Positions 24,480 through 37,544 of a DNA stretch of 64,000 bases are shown here, in pieces. This DNA comes from Lama guanicoe (taxonomy: Eukaryota): assembly GCA_013239625.1 (NCBI GenBank), contig MU054049.1, positions 1,191,015-1,255,014 on the forward strand, read 5' to 3'. The translations under genes were made by a program, and so were the position numbers. The notes under the pieces were generated by a model. It saw only the letters and a program-made list of their open reading frames with translations, was not told where the DNA came from and ran no database searches. Every line of letters begins with the position of its first letter. Position 1 is the stretch's first letter.

Positions 24480-25452
24480 CTGAAATATTGGTGCCACTTC
24501 TGAGAAAGTGAATGACTAATGACTGGGCAACTAAACTTTTCACTGTGGGGAAGGATTTCCATATTCTGCTTTCAACAAGGATCGAATAATGACCTCATCC
24601 AGCTGTCAGCTGGTAGAGTATTAAAATCATTTTTGATGATAGACCATTGTGTAACTTTTGACATTTAATTCAGAAGCAGTTTAAAGTATTGAGCGGTATA
24701 AGAAAGCTTCATCCATTCCTGCCGCTTTTTATACGGAACAAGGTGTTTCAGAGCTAGCATCTATTAAAAAAACAGGACTAGATATGATGCTGGATTCCAC
24801 CACAAAGCAAATTCCTACAAGGGTATATGAAATAAAAATAAAAATCCATTTCAATAAAAATGTATCTCCAATAACATTTTACTTCTTATGATTATTAATT
24901 ATTTAACTAAATTTATAATATATTTATGTAGTTTTGATTAAATTTATACTCATTTTCCAAATCTTACTAATTGTGCAATATTGATAACTTAATCCAGAAA
25001 AAAAAATTTAACACCTAGAGACTTGTGGAATAAGGAAGTTTTTTAAAATCTTACTTTAAAACTTTATACATGTTATTTTACAGAGTAATAGCATATGGTG
25101 GTTAATAAACGGCTTTCAAAACAAAAATTGTGTTAAAGTAGAATAAAATTTTGTAGGGGAAGTAGACTGGGGATGAAAACTCAAGGAGAAAAAGGGACAA
25201 CATAAAATTTCTAACAGCTAAAGCCTGTTCATAGAGCCTTTAAATCAACAGATGTTGTTACTAACTTCATGATATTCAGATGTAAAGGAGAGGTTCAACC
25301 ATTTTACTTTTAGATATCAATATTTGTGATGCTCTGGAAATTATATCCTTTGCAATAGTTTACACTTATGATGAAAAAGTTTTGATATCAACAGAAAATG
25401 CTCAATGGTGCATTTTAGGGGCTCTGCAAGCAAAAATGTTCAAAGAGCACAA
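24480..25452 (+). mobile_element. hAT-Charlie DNA transposon remnant with degenerate transposase C-terminus
   Basis: Frameshifted LHPF..EQGVSELASIKK/NRTRYDA at about 24707-24795 resembles the hAT dimerisation motif (LLPFxSTYLCExGFSxLxxIKTKxRNRL). AT-rich 3' arm ends in aaaaatgttcaaagagcac. Confidence 0.65.
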
Positions 25453-25454
25453 CT

Positions 25455-25700
25455 TGGTAGTCTCCTTTAATCTTCACAATAACCTTGTCATCATATCTAT
25501 TTTTACAGTGGACGACACTGAGACCCAGAGAGGTTAACAACCTTGCTCAAGGTCACATAGCTCGGCTGAACTGTGCCTGCTCCAAAATATATATGCTGAA
25601 GCCCTAAAAGCCAGAATACAACTCAGAATACAACTGTGTTTGGAGACAGGGCCTTTAAAGGGGTGATTAAGTTAAAATGAGGTCATTCGGGTGGGACCCA
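25455..25700. mobile_element. MIR fragment followed by 5' part of an MLT1 LTR
   Basis: ttttacagtggacgacactgagacccagagaggttaacaaccttgctcaaggtcaca (MIR), then ggctgaactgtg...tttggagacagggcctttaaaggggtgattaagttaaaatgagg (MLT1). Confidence 0.7.
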
Positions 25701-26825
25701 GCACTGGGAAAAGCACCCCAAGAGCCCTGCAAGGTGAGAGGAACTCATGCCCATTTCACAGGGATGACACCCGCAGGCTCAGGATGTTTACTGGGGGCCT
25801 GAGAATACCTGCTTTTCAAGTAAAGGGCCTGAATCTGGGCCTGAGGTCCAGGGCTCTTTTTCCAAGGCTACTGGGGAGGCTTCCGAGCACCCACTCACGG
25901 ACAGTGAGCCCACAGGAGCCACCGAGCCTTTCCAGGCACTTGGAGGACTGACCCTGCATCTCAGAAGAGTCTGGAGAGGGGTGCTCACGCTGGGGTTTGT
26001 CCGAGGGTTTCTGACGCCAGGCGGTGAGCCCTTCATCCTCCCAAGATCCCAGGGTTCCCTTGTCCACAGCCGCCCCATTCCGTGCTTCGTGGCCTCCTCC
26101 CTGCAGTAAGCGTGGCTGTGGGTGGGAGGCAGCCCCCAGCCCCCTCTTTCCTGTTCTTCTGGGAGAGAAGCTCACAGGCCCTTTGACCCCATCGCCACGG
26201 GAGGCAGCGGAGAGCCGGTGTCTGGGAAGGTCCCCTCTGGGGCCAGGGTTCTAGCACATCGAGCACCGGCTAAACGCAGTCGTCACAAACGGGAGCAGAG
26301 ACAAAGGGGTCAGACCCCTCTCCTGCCCTGCCTGGTTCCCGGTGCCTTTAAATCTGTACTTTTAGAACAAAGAAAGTTGGGGATTGTCAGGGCCACCTCA
26401 AAGCGGCAGGTCGGAACCAACGCCCAAAGAAGCCGAGACCTTCGGGAAGTAGTGTGCTTGAGGAACCACTAGGGTAACTCAGGGCTCGGGCCTGGGCCAC
26501 CAGGACTGGCACTTTCCAGGGTGTCAGAGCTGCAGCGTCTGCACCCACAAAGAGCAGGGACAGAGACACAGCTCAGAGGAAGTGGAAAGCAAGTCACACA
26601 CGGATGCGATCAACTTCAGCTCAGTGAACAAGGAGCACCCCAGGAAGACAGGGCAGTGAGGCCCGGGTGAGGGCAGGGCCGCAGGAAGGTGAGAGAGTAG
26701 AGGGCTGGGCCTCTGGTCCCCTGGCTTCCAGGATGGGCTGTGTTTATCTCAGGGGCCACCGGGGGAATCACATCGGGGCAGAGAGAGCTACTCTAATCTC
26801 TAATGTCCTTTTTCAGACAGATCTT

Positions 26826-26960
26826 TTTTTTTGTTTTTTCCAATTTCTCTTTTTGGGGGACAGAGGGAATTAAGTTTATTAATTTTCTTAATGGAGGTAC
26901 TGGGGATTGAACCCAGGACCTCATGCATGAGGCATTCTACCACTGCTCTATCCCCTCGCC
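26826..26960 (-). mobile_element. tRNA-Ala-derived SINE (Vic-1-like)
   Basis: tggaggtactggggattgaacccaggacctc...ctaccactg is the reverse complement of the tRNA head. Perfect 14-bp TSD ttcagacagatctt at 26812-26825 and 26961-26974. Confidence 0.92.
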
Positions 26961-27257
26961 TTCAGACAGATCTTGCTGAGGGAGTGGGAGCATGGGTGCT
27001 GGGCTCTTTCCTCTGCTTCCCACATGTGTGTGAGCATCCTTGCAAAGCGGGGTGCTCTGTGGCTCGCACACAGGCAGCCAGGATGCAGAAGGCCCAGCAA
27101 ACACCCACTTGCATAGAAAACCCAGAATCATCTACATAACAAGGGGGTCCAGGGGCCCAGCGAGCATAGCTTATCTCTGAGTTTCATGGGAATACTTCAA
27201 AATCCTCGTTGCAAAAGAAGGGTGCTGAGTAGGAGAGAGTGAAGAATTGATCTGAAG

Positions 27258-27402
27258 GCCTTGCTCCTCAAAGTGAGACCCCTGAGATCACTTTAAAAAT
27301 GCAGACTCTCAGGCCTCCCCAGATGCCCCGAATCAGAATCTGCATTGGAGCAAGTTCCCAGGGGAGCAGTCTGCTCCTGAAGGTGTGGGCAGCGCTGCCC
27401 TG
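27258..27402. mobile_element. MER5A-like hAT MITE
   Basis: ctcaaagtg...aaatgcagactctcaggcc...gaatcagaatctgcat. Confidence 0.7.
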
Positions 27403-28429
27403 GGGCTCCGGGGTCCGGGGGAGGGTAACACCAGGCCTGACCCGCACGGTCCTGCCGGGGCTACGGGATGCTGGCGGCAGCTGTACCAGACCAATGCCAG
27501 GCCCCTGAGGAGCTGTCTGGGGAGGACCTCAGTGACCACCACTTGGAGGGCTGAAGGAAAATTCCTCAGCAAGGGAAGCCCCCAGATGGCTGAGGTTTTC
27601 TTGAACAGAAATACGGGATGCTGCGGAGCGGGCTGTGCTCAGGCGCTGCCACTCCCTGGTTTCCCAGCTGTGTCTTCTGTTAAATGGGTGTAATAAGGCC
27701 GGTCTTCATGCTCGTGGTGAGGATTCATGAGAACGCGGAGGGGCCAGAGAGGGGTCTGGCCCGCAGCAGGTGCTCAGGCAAAGCTCTAAACAGCTCACAG
27801 GGGTTTCTGACACTGAGCGCACGTGCACACAAGGCCATCTGGAGCCCATCCCAGGGGATTAAGGGCAGTTAGGATCCAGGGTCTCAGGGGTTCTGTGGGA
27901 GGCCAGGAGAGTGTGTCTTGGTCTGCCTTGCTGGCTTTGGAGAAGGACGCGTACTGAACTACCTACGTCACTCTGTTTCCTGGATCCTGCCTACAGTCTA
28001 ACAGGGCCTGCAGCTCCAGGCAGATTTCTCTGTCACGCCCCTAAGCCTGGCCCCTTTACAGCAAAACAGCCTTGGAGGCTGCCCATGTGGCCTCCAAACC
28101 CCAACAGCTGGGAGCAAAGCAGCTGGGAAACAAAGCCATTTGCCCACCATTTGCCCACCATTTGCTGAGCAGCTGTCATGAGCCAAATTCTCAGGAAAAT
28201 GGGTCAGATGCAGGGCCTTACACACCAGCCTCTTGAAGGGAGGCGAATGCATTTGCACACATTGCGCACATGTAGCACGTGCCACCAGCTCATAAAAGCC
28301 CTCAAGGATTTGCAACCAGAGAAAAGCTTGGACACTGTGGGTGAGGCAGGGCGCGCACACGCAGAGGGAGGCTCTCGGAGCCCGGCACTGACACACACGC
28401 AGAGCGCAGCGGGCACAGCGAGGGTTGTG

Positions 28430-28830
28430 GAGGACAGAGATCTGGCTGGAACTCTCACTTCGTATCGGGCGCTGAGGGTGCTGGGTGACTCTGCATCCCT
28501 CTGGGTCCCCATCACCCTTCTCCACCCTGCTGGCTCCCTCCCTGCTGTCTCCTGGTTTGGCACTGCCTGAGTCCCTCTCCTAAGTCTCCTGTTGGTGACA
28601 CTTCACCCACAGCTGCAGCTCCCACAAGTTCCAGAAACCTCTCCTCCCCTCATCCCCTAAGATCTAGGGTGGAAACAGCATCCCAAGGGTGCTGGTTGCT
28701 GAGTGTCTCCCCTTCCCTCCCTCGCTGGCTCCCTTTAGCCCTGCCTGCACCTCCGGGGAGAGTCCCCTCTGAAAACACTGCTCAGTTTCCCTTTTGATTG
28801 TCCCCTTAGGCCGTGACCACCAAATCTAAC
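28430..28830 (+). mobile_element. ERVL LTR16-like solo LTR remnant
   Basis: cccctaagatctagggtggaaacagcatccc...ctccctttagccctgcctgcacc...agtcccctc resembles the LTR16 3' half. Confidence 0.55.
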
Positions 28831-29568
28831 ACTTCTCAGCTTTACAGCCTTGGGCTAATAGGAATCATTATTACATATAACTGTAACCACACGTCATCCT
28901 AAACACAGGACGCTTACAAGGAGCCGGAGTGTATTAAGGGTTTTTTGTGCTTCTTTTTTCTTTGTCAACTTAATGCTCACAACAATTGCACGAGACTGGC
29001 AGACTGCTGCTTCCCCCATTATTCAGATGGAGGAGGTGTGGCATGGCACTTCGGCCATCAGCTGGCAAAGGAAGAGTCGCCATCTGAACTGGAGTTAGTC
29101 TCATTGCAGAGCCCCACTCACCCAGGTCACTGCTGGGAGCTACTGTGTCCCCATCTATTTTAGACATTCTGAAGGATGAGGATGTAGGGAGGATATTTCA
29201 GAGAAAACACACAGGAGCTGGTGGAAATGGGACATGGAGGCTTGGGGAGAGGCGAGGACTAGAGCAAAAGAGGCAGCATTCACGGGGAGGGAAGAGTCAG
29301 TCGCGAGAACTGTAATCACTAAGGAAAAAACAGTAAAGCAAGAAGGCGCCGAAGGCAGAATCCAGGGGACAGGGACACTGACAAGGAAGGAGACAGAAGG
29401 AAGTGAACACTCAGACGGGACCGGAAAAGAAGGGAAGGGAGCTTTTCTGATTCCATCTGTCTGCCAGGCACAGTGCCCAGCACTGTAATTAAATTACGGA
29501 CCCACAAGGGCATTCAATCTGAGGAAGGTGCTGTCTATCCCATTTCATTTAATAAATGAGGAAACTGA

Positions 29569-29705
29569 GATTTGCCAATGTTAATCACTACACATATATA
29601 AATAGATTACAGAAAAAAACAAATTTCTTCTGTATAGCACAGGGGAATATATTCAATATCTTGTAATAACCTTTAATGAAAAAGGATATGAAAAATAAAT
29701 AAATA
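29569..29705 (+). mobile_element. L1 3' UTR internal fragment inserted into a MIR (MIR about 29480-29810)
   Basis: ctgtatagcacaggggaatatattcaatatcttgtaataacc. TSD aataaatgaggaaactga (29551-29568) / aataaatgaggaagctga (29706-29723). Confidence 0.85.
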
Positions 29706-30092
29706 AATAAATGAGGAAGCTGAAGTTCAGCGTGGTTAAGGAATGCGTCTAAATACTTGGACTTCAGCAGCCGAGCCAGGATCAAACCCAGGGTCATCTG
29801 ACTCCACTGCCTCTTCTGGGAGAATGAGACAGGTCAGGGCCCTCAGAAACCGCGGAAGGAAGGAATCTGACAAAAGGGGGAATTTAAGTGATGTCAACAG
29901 TGGTCACAGTTGATTTCAGCAGAGTCTAAGGGAGACACCTCTCCCCACTCGCTTTGCTTACCAGTCACAGGTAAATAATCTCTGACACAGGACGCATTTT
30001 CCAACCAAAGGGATATTTAGCCCAGCATCTGCCGCCTGCCTGTGGTTTGGTTGTGCTCCCACTCCCAGACATGACTTTATCCATCCTCTTAC

Positions 30093-30200
30093 CTCTGGAT
30101 TTCCTCTTGCTAAACACAGACTGCCAGATGATGGTCAGGGTGAAGAGCAGAACGCTCAGAATCCCCACGCAGCACACGAGCACGGCGTACACGTACAGGT
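30093..30200 (-). CDS. VSTM4: VSTM4 exon 4 (108 nt), transmembrane helix plus basic stop-transfer KRKSR
   Basis: Acceptor cctttcag|AC, donor G|GTAAGA; translation DLYVYAVLVCCVGILSVLLFTLTIIWQSVFSKRKSR. Confidence 0.97.
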
Positions 30201-30264
30201 CTGAAAGGCAGCGACACACAGGTGATCATCAGGATGGGACACATCAGAGGAGGTGCCCCAAATA

Positions 30265-31480
30265 AAAGAAAAAAATTTCACGTAGATCAAAAGTCAACGC
30301 AAAATGAACCACAAGTTCAAATGCAAATTATAAACTAGAACACTTTTGGAAAAACACACAGGTAAAAAAAATCTTCAGGATTTAGGTCTAAGTAGAGAAA
30401 TTTTAGACTTGACACCAAAAGCACCATCCATACAAGGAAAACTTGATAGATTAGATTTTATCAAACTTAAAAACTTGCTCTGTAAAGACTCCTGTAAAGA
30501 AAATGAAAAGACCAATTACAGACTGGGAGAAAATATTTGTAACCCACATACCCAACAGAGGACTTGGATCTGTAAGACCAAGAACTCTTACAATTCAACA
30601 GTAAAAAAGAAACAATAATCCTATTAGAAAATGGACAGAATTACAGAGACATTTCACCAAAGAGAATATACAGATGGCAAATGAGTACATGAAAAGATGT
30701 TCTTTCTTAACCATAAGAGGGCTGCAAATTTAAACCCCAATGAGATATTCCACACGCTAAAATAAAAGCTGGGACAATATCAAATGCTGACAAGGATATG
30801 GATAAACTGAGTCACACAGACATTGCTGATGAGAATCTAAAATGGTACCCCCACTCTGGAAAACAGGCAGTTTCTTAAAAGATACAGCTATAACTCAGCG
30901 ATTGCTCTCCAGGGCATTTGTCCAAAGAAATGAAGAAATTTTAAGTTCACACAAAAACCTGTATGTGCATGTTTATAGCACTTTTACTCGTAATAGCCAA
31001 AACCTGGAAGCAGCCCAGATGCCCTTCAGTGGGTGAACGGGTAAACAAACTGTGGTCCCTCCACACCATGAAACTGCAACACCCTGCGATTAAAAGGGAA
31101 CAAACTGTTGGCACAGAGTGTTCTGCGGAGTGGGAATGAAAATCCCCCAAATTTACATACTGTATGATTTTATTTATATAACATTCTTGGAACGACAGAA
31201 TGATAGAAATGGAGAACAGATTAGTGGTCACTGGGGGTTAAGGAAGGAGTGGATGGGAAGAAAATGCATCTTGCTCTCAGGGACCTTTGTAGTGATGGGG
31301 ATGTTCTGTATCTCAGTTGTATCAAGGTCAACATCCTGGTTGCAATATTAAGCTTCAGTTTTGCACGATGATTCCATTAGGAGAAACTGGATAAAAGGGC
31401 ACAAGCTGGTACAAGGAATTTCTCTGTGTTACTTATTAGAAATCTATGTTAATCTACAATTTTCTCAAAGGGAATTTGTT
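30265..31480 (+). mobile_element. Old L1 (L1MB/MC-type) ORF2 end and 3' UTR
   Basis: cagactgggagaaaatatttg, agacatttcaccaaagagaatatacagatggcaaat, cacacaaaaacctgta motifs. Confidence 0.85.
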
Positions 31481-31507
31481 TTACGTTCCAATAATTAACT
31501 CACATTC

Positions 31508-31882
31508 GTGTACCTCTCAGTTAAGGCTGCTATGACAAAGCACCATAGATTGGGTGGCTTAGACAACAAACACGTATTTCTCACAGTTCTGCAGACCAGG
31601 AAGTCCAAGATCAAAGCTCTGGCCAGTCCAGTGTCTGGTAAGGACTCTCTTCCTGGTTCGGAGACATCATCCCTTGGTAACCTCACGTGGAGGAGACAGA
31701 GAGCAAGCAAGCAAGCTCTCGTGGGGTCCTTTCTTATAAGGACAGTAACCCCCTTCATGGGGGCTCCACTCTTAGGACCCAATCACCTCCCAAAGGCCCC
31801 GCCTCCTAATACCACCACATTGGTGGGGGCTTAAGATTTCAACATTTGAATTTTAGGGAACATGAACATTCAGCCCATAATA
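31508..31882 (-). mobile_element. MaLR LTR (MLT1A-like)
   Basis: ggctgctatgacaaagcaccatagattgggtggctt...tttctcacagttctg...gaagtccaagatcaa...tttcaacatttgaatttt...acattcagcccata. Confidence 0.85.
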
Positions 31883-32016
31883 GTATGCATTCATTTCTGA
31901 AGCTTCAATGAACAGCTTCATCACCAAGCCAATTGATAAAATGCCCAAACCGCTCAGAAACTGAAAGAGAAGCCAAAAGTATTATTTTACGTTTCTATGA
32001 AGCAAACAGCCGCAGA

Positions 32017-32280
32017 CCAAGAAACTCATGGTTACCAAAGGGGAAAGGGGGTGGGGAGGGATAAAATGGGAGTCCGAGATTTGAAAATACTAGCTACTAT
32101 ATCTGAAAGAAAACAAGTTCATACTGTAAAGCACAGGGAACTATATTCAATATCTTGTAGTAAATTACAGTGAAAAAGAATATGAAAATGAATATATGTA
32201 TGTATATGTATGACTGAAGCATTATGCTGTACACCAGAAATTGGTACAACATTCTAAACTGACTACACTTCAATTTTTTT
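32017..32280 (+). mobile_element. Young L1 3' UTR, 5'-truncated
   Basis: ggttaccaaaggggaaaggggg...tgtacaccagaaattgg...gactacacttcaa. Degenerate TSD aaacagccgcaga / aaaaagctgcaga. Confidence 0.88.
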
Positions 32281-35200
32281 AAAAAGCTGCAGATATTTGA
32301 AGCCAGTAAATGTTTGAACTTAGCAAAAATGTTTCTCTGCTGACTCAAATTTCTTTAGCCAACAGACATAGTCTATTGCCTGCTCTTACGTATGAGAAAT
32401 ATAACGATGGCCATCCAAAGGTCTTCTCCTCAAGAAGTTAGAGGGCTGTAGTATACCTGAACCATAGAAACACATCCCCAGAACCAGAAATAGGCAGAGG
32501 AGGGACCCATCCATCTTGGGGAGGTGGGAAGGGCTTCCCAGAGGACTGGACCTCTGTGGTGAGTTGCAGTTAAATGATACAGAAAATGCAAAAATGGGGA
32601 GAGAGAATAAAAACAGAGGAAGAAATAGAGAAAACAGAGGCAAAGAGAAAAAGTTACCAGCTATCCATCACTCTGGTATAACTACTGCTAACATCTGGTG
32701 TACTTTATGTTGTATATGTTTGCTATTTTTCAATTAAGATCATACTGCTTTTTATTTAAATCTCATTTTTCTCATTACGTGCTCTTCAAAAACATGATTT
32801 TAATTTTGAAAAATATGATAAAAGTCTGTCATAAAATATATCACAAGGAACTTAACAATATTTTGTTGCTGGCTATTTAAAGTGCTTCTGACTTCTCCGT
32901 GATAAATGATTCTGTGATGAGCACTCACAACCTTAAACCTTAATGTTGCGTTAAGAAGAAAGTTCCTGGAAAGCAGAATTGCGGAGTCAGCAAGAATGCA
33001 CGGTTTGTAAAGCCCTCGGGACCCGGAGAAGCAGTTAGTTAAGTGCTTAAACTCAAAAAGCAAGCAGTAAGCCTGTTGGGATGGCTGGCTTCCAGGGCGA
33101 GCCTGGAGAAGCAGGTAAGGCTGTGGTCAAGGAGAGGGAAGGAGGGGGAATGGGATGGAACCAGACATCTCGCGTTCCTTGGACTCTGCCCTCCCTGACC
33201 CGCGCCCCTGGGAGGCCTGGGGTACCCTCTGCCCCCGGAGTGCCTCCCGTGGTCTCGGGCTCAGCCAACATTTTCGCCCATGCTAGTTCGAGTGGGTTTC
33301 TTAGGAGGAAACTTAGAAGCCTGGACTGAAAATGAAATAAGCAGAAAGCGCAGTAGGACAAGGTTGCAGGTGGAAGGAGCACCTGACTAATATTTAAGGG
33401 AGCAGGGCAGGTGGGTGGGAATGAGGAAGTCTCCTTCAGAGGGAGCAGGAGCCAAAGAGGAACAAGGGAGAGTTCTAGAAGCCAAGACAGATTCCCCAAG
33501 GGCATCAAGTGATGCTGGGAAACACCCTCTGGGTTTTCCCACTAGGAAGCTGCTGGGAAAGTCCTGGAGGAAGGCCCATCCGGTGGGAATATACGGACAA
33601 AGCCGGGTTACGGGGGTTGAGGAGCCCCAGGGGCTATGAGGAGGTTGAGACAGAAAAAGAGGCAGCTCTCTCCTATAGCTAAGATCAAAGCTGCCTTTCT
33701 AAATGGACACCTGCGGCTGGGATGTGTGGGCTTTGCAGGTTAATATGACAGAGAACCCTGGGAGTGATCAGTTAGGAGACAGGCTTGGGAATCTATTTAA
33801 ACAACATGAAACTCCAAGGAGTGGAGCCGACATCACAGACGGGGACTCATGACAGGATACAGGACGGGCCAGAACACGGAGGACATATGGCCAGTCCTGG
33901 ATTTACACACTGCCGAGCAAACGACTCCAGAACAGGACTGCGGAGCCGTTTCTGGCATGGGAGGCTGGGAAGCGATGTGGTCACAGTGCCAGGAAGACAG
34001 AATGGGGGCAGGTGGGAGCAGCATCTGCCCAAAGGGATTCCGGAGACGCGGGACCCCGGACCAAAAGGCAATGACAACTCGGCTTCCGTCCTGGGCTGCA
34101 GAGAAAACCTGTCTTCCTAAAGTCCTGTGCCACTGGAGCGGAGCGACCGGCCCCGCGAGCTCACCTCTTCCTCAGAACTTCCTTTGGTTTCGGGACTGCG
34201 GGAACCCAAGGGGGACAAGGTCGCAGCGAGAATCTCCCACACATGCCCCCAGAAGCATCTTGCCGACATCTGTGGCCTGCTCTCAGGCAGGAGGCCAGGG
34301 GCTCCAAGAGGGCTCACATGATGGTTTCAGATCACAGCCTCCTCAACGTGGCACAGAGGGGGCTCTCCACAGGCAGCCACGGCTGCAGACTCATAAAACA
34401 TCTGGCCAGTCCGGAAGGCTCAGCTCCAATGCCAAGTACACAGGCCCTTGGGCCGTGGCCACCGGCCAGCAGGCCCCAGCCTCCCACATGTGGGGTCCCC
34501 ACAGGCCTAGGATGGCTCTCTGTTGTATCCTTGAAGCCACAGATATGTTAAAAAGGGTCACCTTGCAGGAGGAGAAAAAGCTCAAAAAAAAAAAAAAAAC
34601 CCCAAAACAAAAAAAACACCTGAGTTTCCCTGGATTGGGTAGCAGCCAGTACCCCGAAGTTCTCATTTTTCACCCTGTTCCAAGCATTCCTTTGCTGCAG
34701 AAAGGCAATCGCCCTGCTGTATCTTCTCAGAACACTAAAACCACCTCCCCATCTTTCTCTGATAACAAAGGTTAAGCCCTGAGCCATTTAAGGCCGGGGC
34801 CACAAACTCCTAACACTCCAGGGACACCTTTTTTTGCCAGCAGGCCAGAGCCAAGCTGTGCTCGGTGACAAAGGCAGCCGCAGCGAAGTTCCAGACGCCA
34901 CTCCAAAGTTGTCCTGTCTTCTGACTTTACCTTTTATGTAAACACCACTTTAATTAAAAATGTTGGCTCATAGGTTTTAAAACTCAGACCAGGCCAAACA
35001 ATACTGAATCCAAGCCTTCGAGTCCAAATTTAACAAAACATCTGCACTTCACCAGATCTGGGACTAGCTTTTAAAATACCACCTACGCCAGAATACTCCA
35101 ACTAATTCTAAACACCTTGTTCTAGTCCCTGAATTCACTTGCAGTTTTGTCCTCCGCCATCGGACTTCCAAAGGCACCAATGTCATTGTCAGACTCCATT

Positions 35201-35994
35201 GCAAGCCACCATGCAGAAAATATCTTCCCACCACCCTCCAGCCCAAGCCTCCCCAAAGCAGATGGTGGGGCCGGCAGGCTGGAGCGATATGCACGCGGCA
35301 GGGAGGCCAAGACGGGGTGCACAACGTCTGCGTGCCAGCTCCCATCCTCCCAGAAAGCCAAGCCACGCCAGGCCAGGCAGAGTGGCCCCAGTGAGAGGGA
35401 GACAGGCACACCTGTTGCCGGGCAACCCTGAGGCCAGCTGGAGTATTCAGAGCTGCTTGGAAACCCAGCGACCCCAGCATTCCTCAGCACAGGGAAGGAA
35501 CCCAACTCCCCACTGGACCACTGATTCCAGAAAGTCAGCGTCAGTCCTCTACATTTCCAGGGCAAATACAAATGCCTAGATCGTAGTTCTGTCAAGAAAC
35601 CCGCATACTTCTACTAACTTTTTTATCCAGCCGATAATATAACATCTTGCTCAGGGAGAGAGACCTGAGCAAAAGCCCACAGGGATTTTAACTCACTCAG
35701 CATCTCACCAAGAGGCCTGACAATGCTTTTTTTGTGCTGCAGGCACACAGCCAGGCCGAGCTAAGCCCTGGGAGGATGCCTATCCATCCGCAAGCCCCCA
35801 GGGCAGCTCTCCCATCCAGGAACAAAAGGGCAGAGGCTCCGAGTCAGGCGCCAGGGAATTTCAACCACACCCCTGACCTCGCCAACGCTGCGGCGGGGTT
35901 AAAGAAGCAAAAGCCTCGGATGCTGCGGCTGCCACTGCTGAAATCACAGGGCAAGAGCACTTTGGAAACAGCTGCTCTGAGCCATGATCCTAAG

Positions 35995-36085
35995 ATATTC
36001 ATGAATGACTGAAGCATTGTGTTTACACCAGAAATTGACACAACCGAAACTAACTAAGCTTCAATTAAAAATAAACCCAAAAACA
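35995..36085 (+). mobile_element. Very short L1 3' terminus
   Basis: atgactgaagcattgtgtttacaccagaaattgacacaac...cttcaattaaaaataaa. Confidence 0.7.
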
Positions 36086-37328
36086 ATTCCGATTCTGCTT
36101 GTCTGAAGGGACCCAAGGCTCTGTGAGGCAAAGACAGTGCAGGCTACAGATTTTGTGTGAAATTAGGTCAAGAGTAACCCTGATATTCTGCAGCAACAAG
36201 TCAATTAAAAGTAGTATTAATTCTATGAAGTATTTCAGAGATGCTGACTATGCCACAAGGCGCGTGGGGACTAAATGCTACAATCCTTCCAAACATAGAA
36301 AGTCTTGGTTTTTGCACCACAGTATTTTCAAAGTACAGTCCTCAGACCACTTGCACCAGAAACACCTCGAGCCCTGATGAAGTGCAAACTCTTTGATCTC
36401 TTCCTAAATGTAATAATCAGATTCAAGGAGGGAAGGGCAGCCCAGAGTCGAGGTTAAAATCACTTCCCCCCAGGATACCCTTATGCACCTGATGATAAAT
36501 GGGGCTCCCGCTGTTACACCTGCCAGTGACCCACCTTAGGGAACCCCCTACAGGACATCTCCAGATGCCCACCCCTCCCCCAGGCCTGGGTCAGGGGCAA
36601 ACTCAGAAGTACAGGTACATCAACTGCTTTTTCTACTGCTTCACTCTGTGAGGAGGAAAGTCACTCCTCTCTGCTAACAAATCGGCATTCACCGAACAAA
36701 AAGGGTAAGGGAAGGAATAGGGGATTATTTTACTTGGAGAAGGTCATCAAATGAGGAAAAAGCCAGCTACAAAACGTGCCGAAGAAAAGGCAGGGCATAC
36801 AAAGAATCATTGTTAGAGCAAAGCGCAGCCTGAGAAGTGCAACATCTATGACTTCAAAAGGAAACAATAAACCCTAATGGCCCACCTGAGCCGCACCTTA
36901 TGAGCCGCAAATGGCGTTCATGCCCACGGTTACACTTTTCTGAGAAAGTGCCTCAGTCCACTGCTTTTCAGTAGCTGTTGGAAGAGGTGGGGTTGGATCC
37001 AAGTGCTCCCCTCCAAGGGCAAGCTCTCATTAACTGTGTTCATTTTGAACAGCCCCAGGTCACATGTCTCCTTCGATCCTTTTGGGAAGGTCTATGCGTC
37101 ATCAATAAACGTGATGCCTTCGCAAGATGTAACCCTTCACAATTTCCTGATCGCATCTTAACGTTAATCCATTTTTTTGTTTGTTTTTTGTTTGTTGGCT
37201 GTTTTTTGCTGTTGTTGTTTTTCACTGCTCTGCCTGAGAACTCACAAAGTGCTTCCTTTCATTGCTTATGGTCATAATCCTCAACCACTTAACAATACTA
37301 ATTTCTGTGAGTTTTCCACACACTAAAG

Positions 37329-37540
37329 CAAGCTTTCTCGACCTTGGCACCCTTGACTTTTGGGGCCAGATAATTCTTTGCTGTTAGTGGCTGACCTGTG
37401 CATTGCAGGATGTGTAACAGCATCCTTGACCTCTACCTGAGAGATGCCAGTAACACAAAAATACTAGGTGTGGCAACCAAAAACGCATCCAGACATTGGC
37501 CCTGAGAGGGACAAAAATCACCTCCTGTTGGGACTCACTG
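37329..37540. mobile_element. MER20 hAT-Charlie MITE
   Basis: ttctcgaccttggcac...ggccagataattctttg...gatgccagta...ccagacattg...cactg. 8-bp TSD-like flanks cactaaag / ccctaagg. Confidence 0.85.
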
Positions 37541-37544
37541 CCCT

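Noticed and set aside
33849..34775. 308-aa plus-strand ORF
   Set aside because: No recognisable domain, GC-rich filler composition, runs through a poly-A tract (KKKKK), and is antisense in an intron. Most likely chance.
36885..36925. tgagccgca direct repeat with CTCF-like ccgcaaatggcg
   Set aside because: Three mismatches to the CTCF core including the key AG; too weak without ChIP data.
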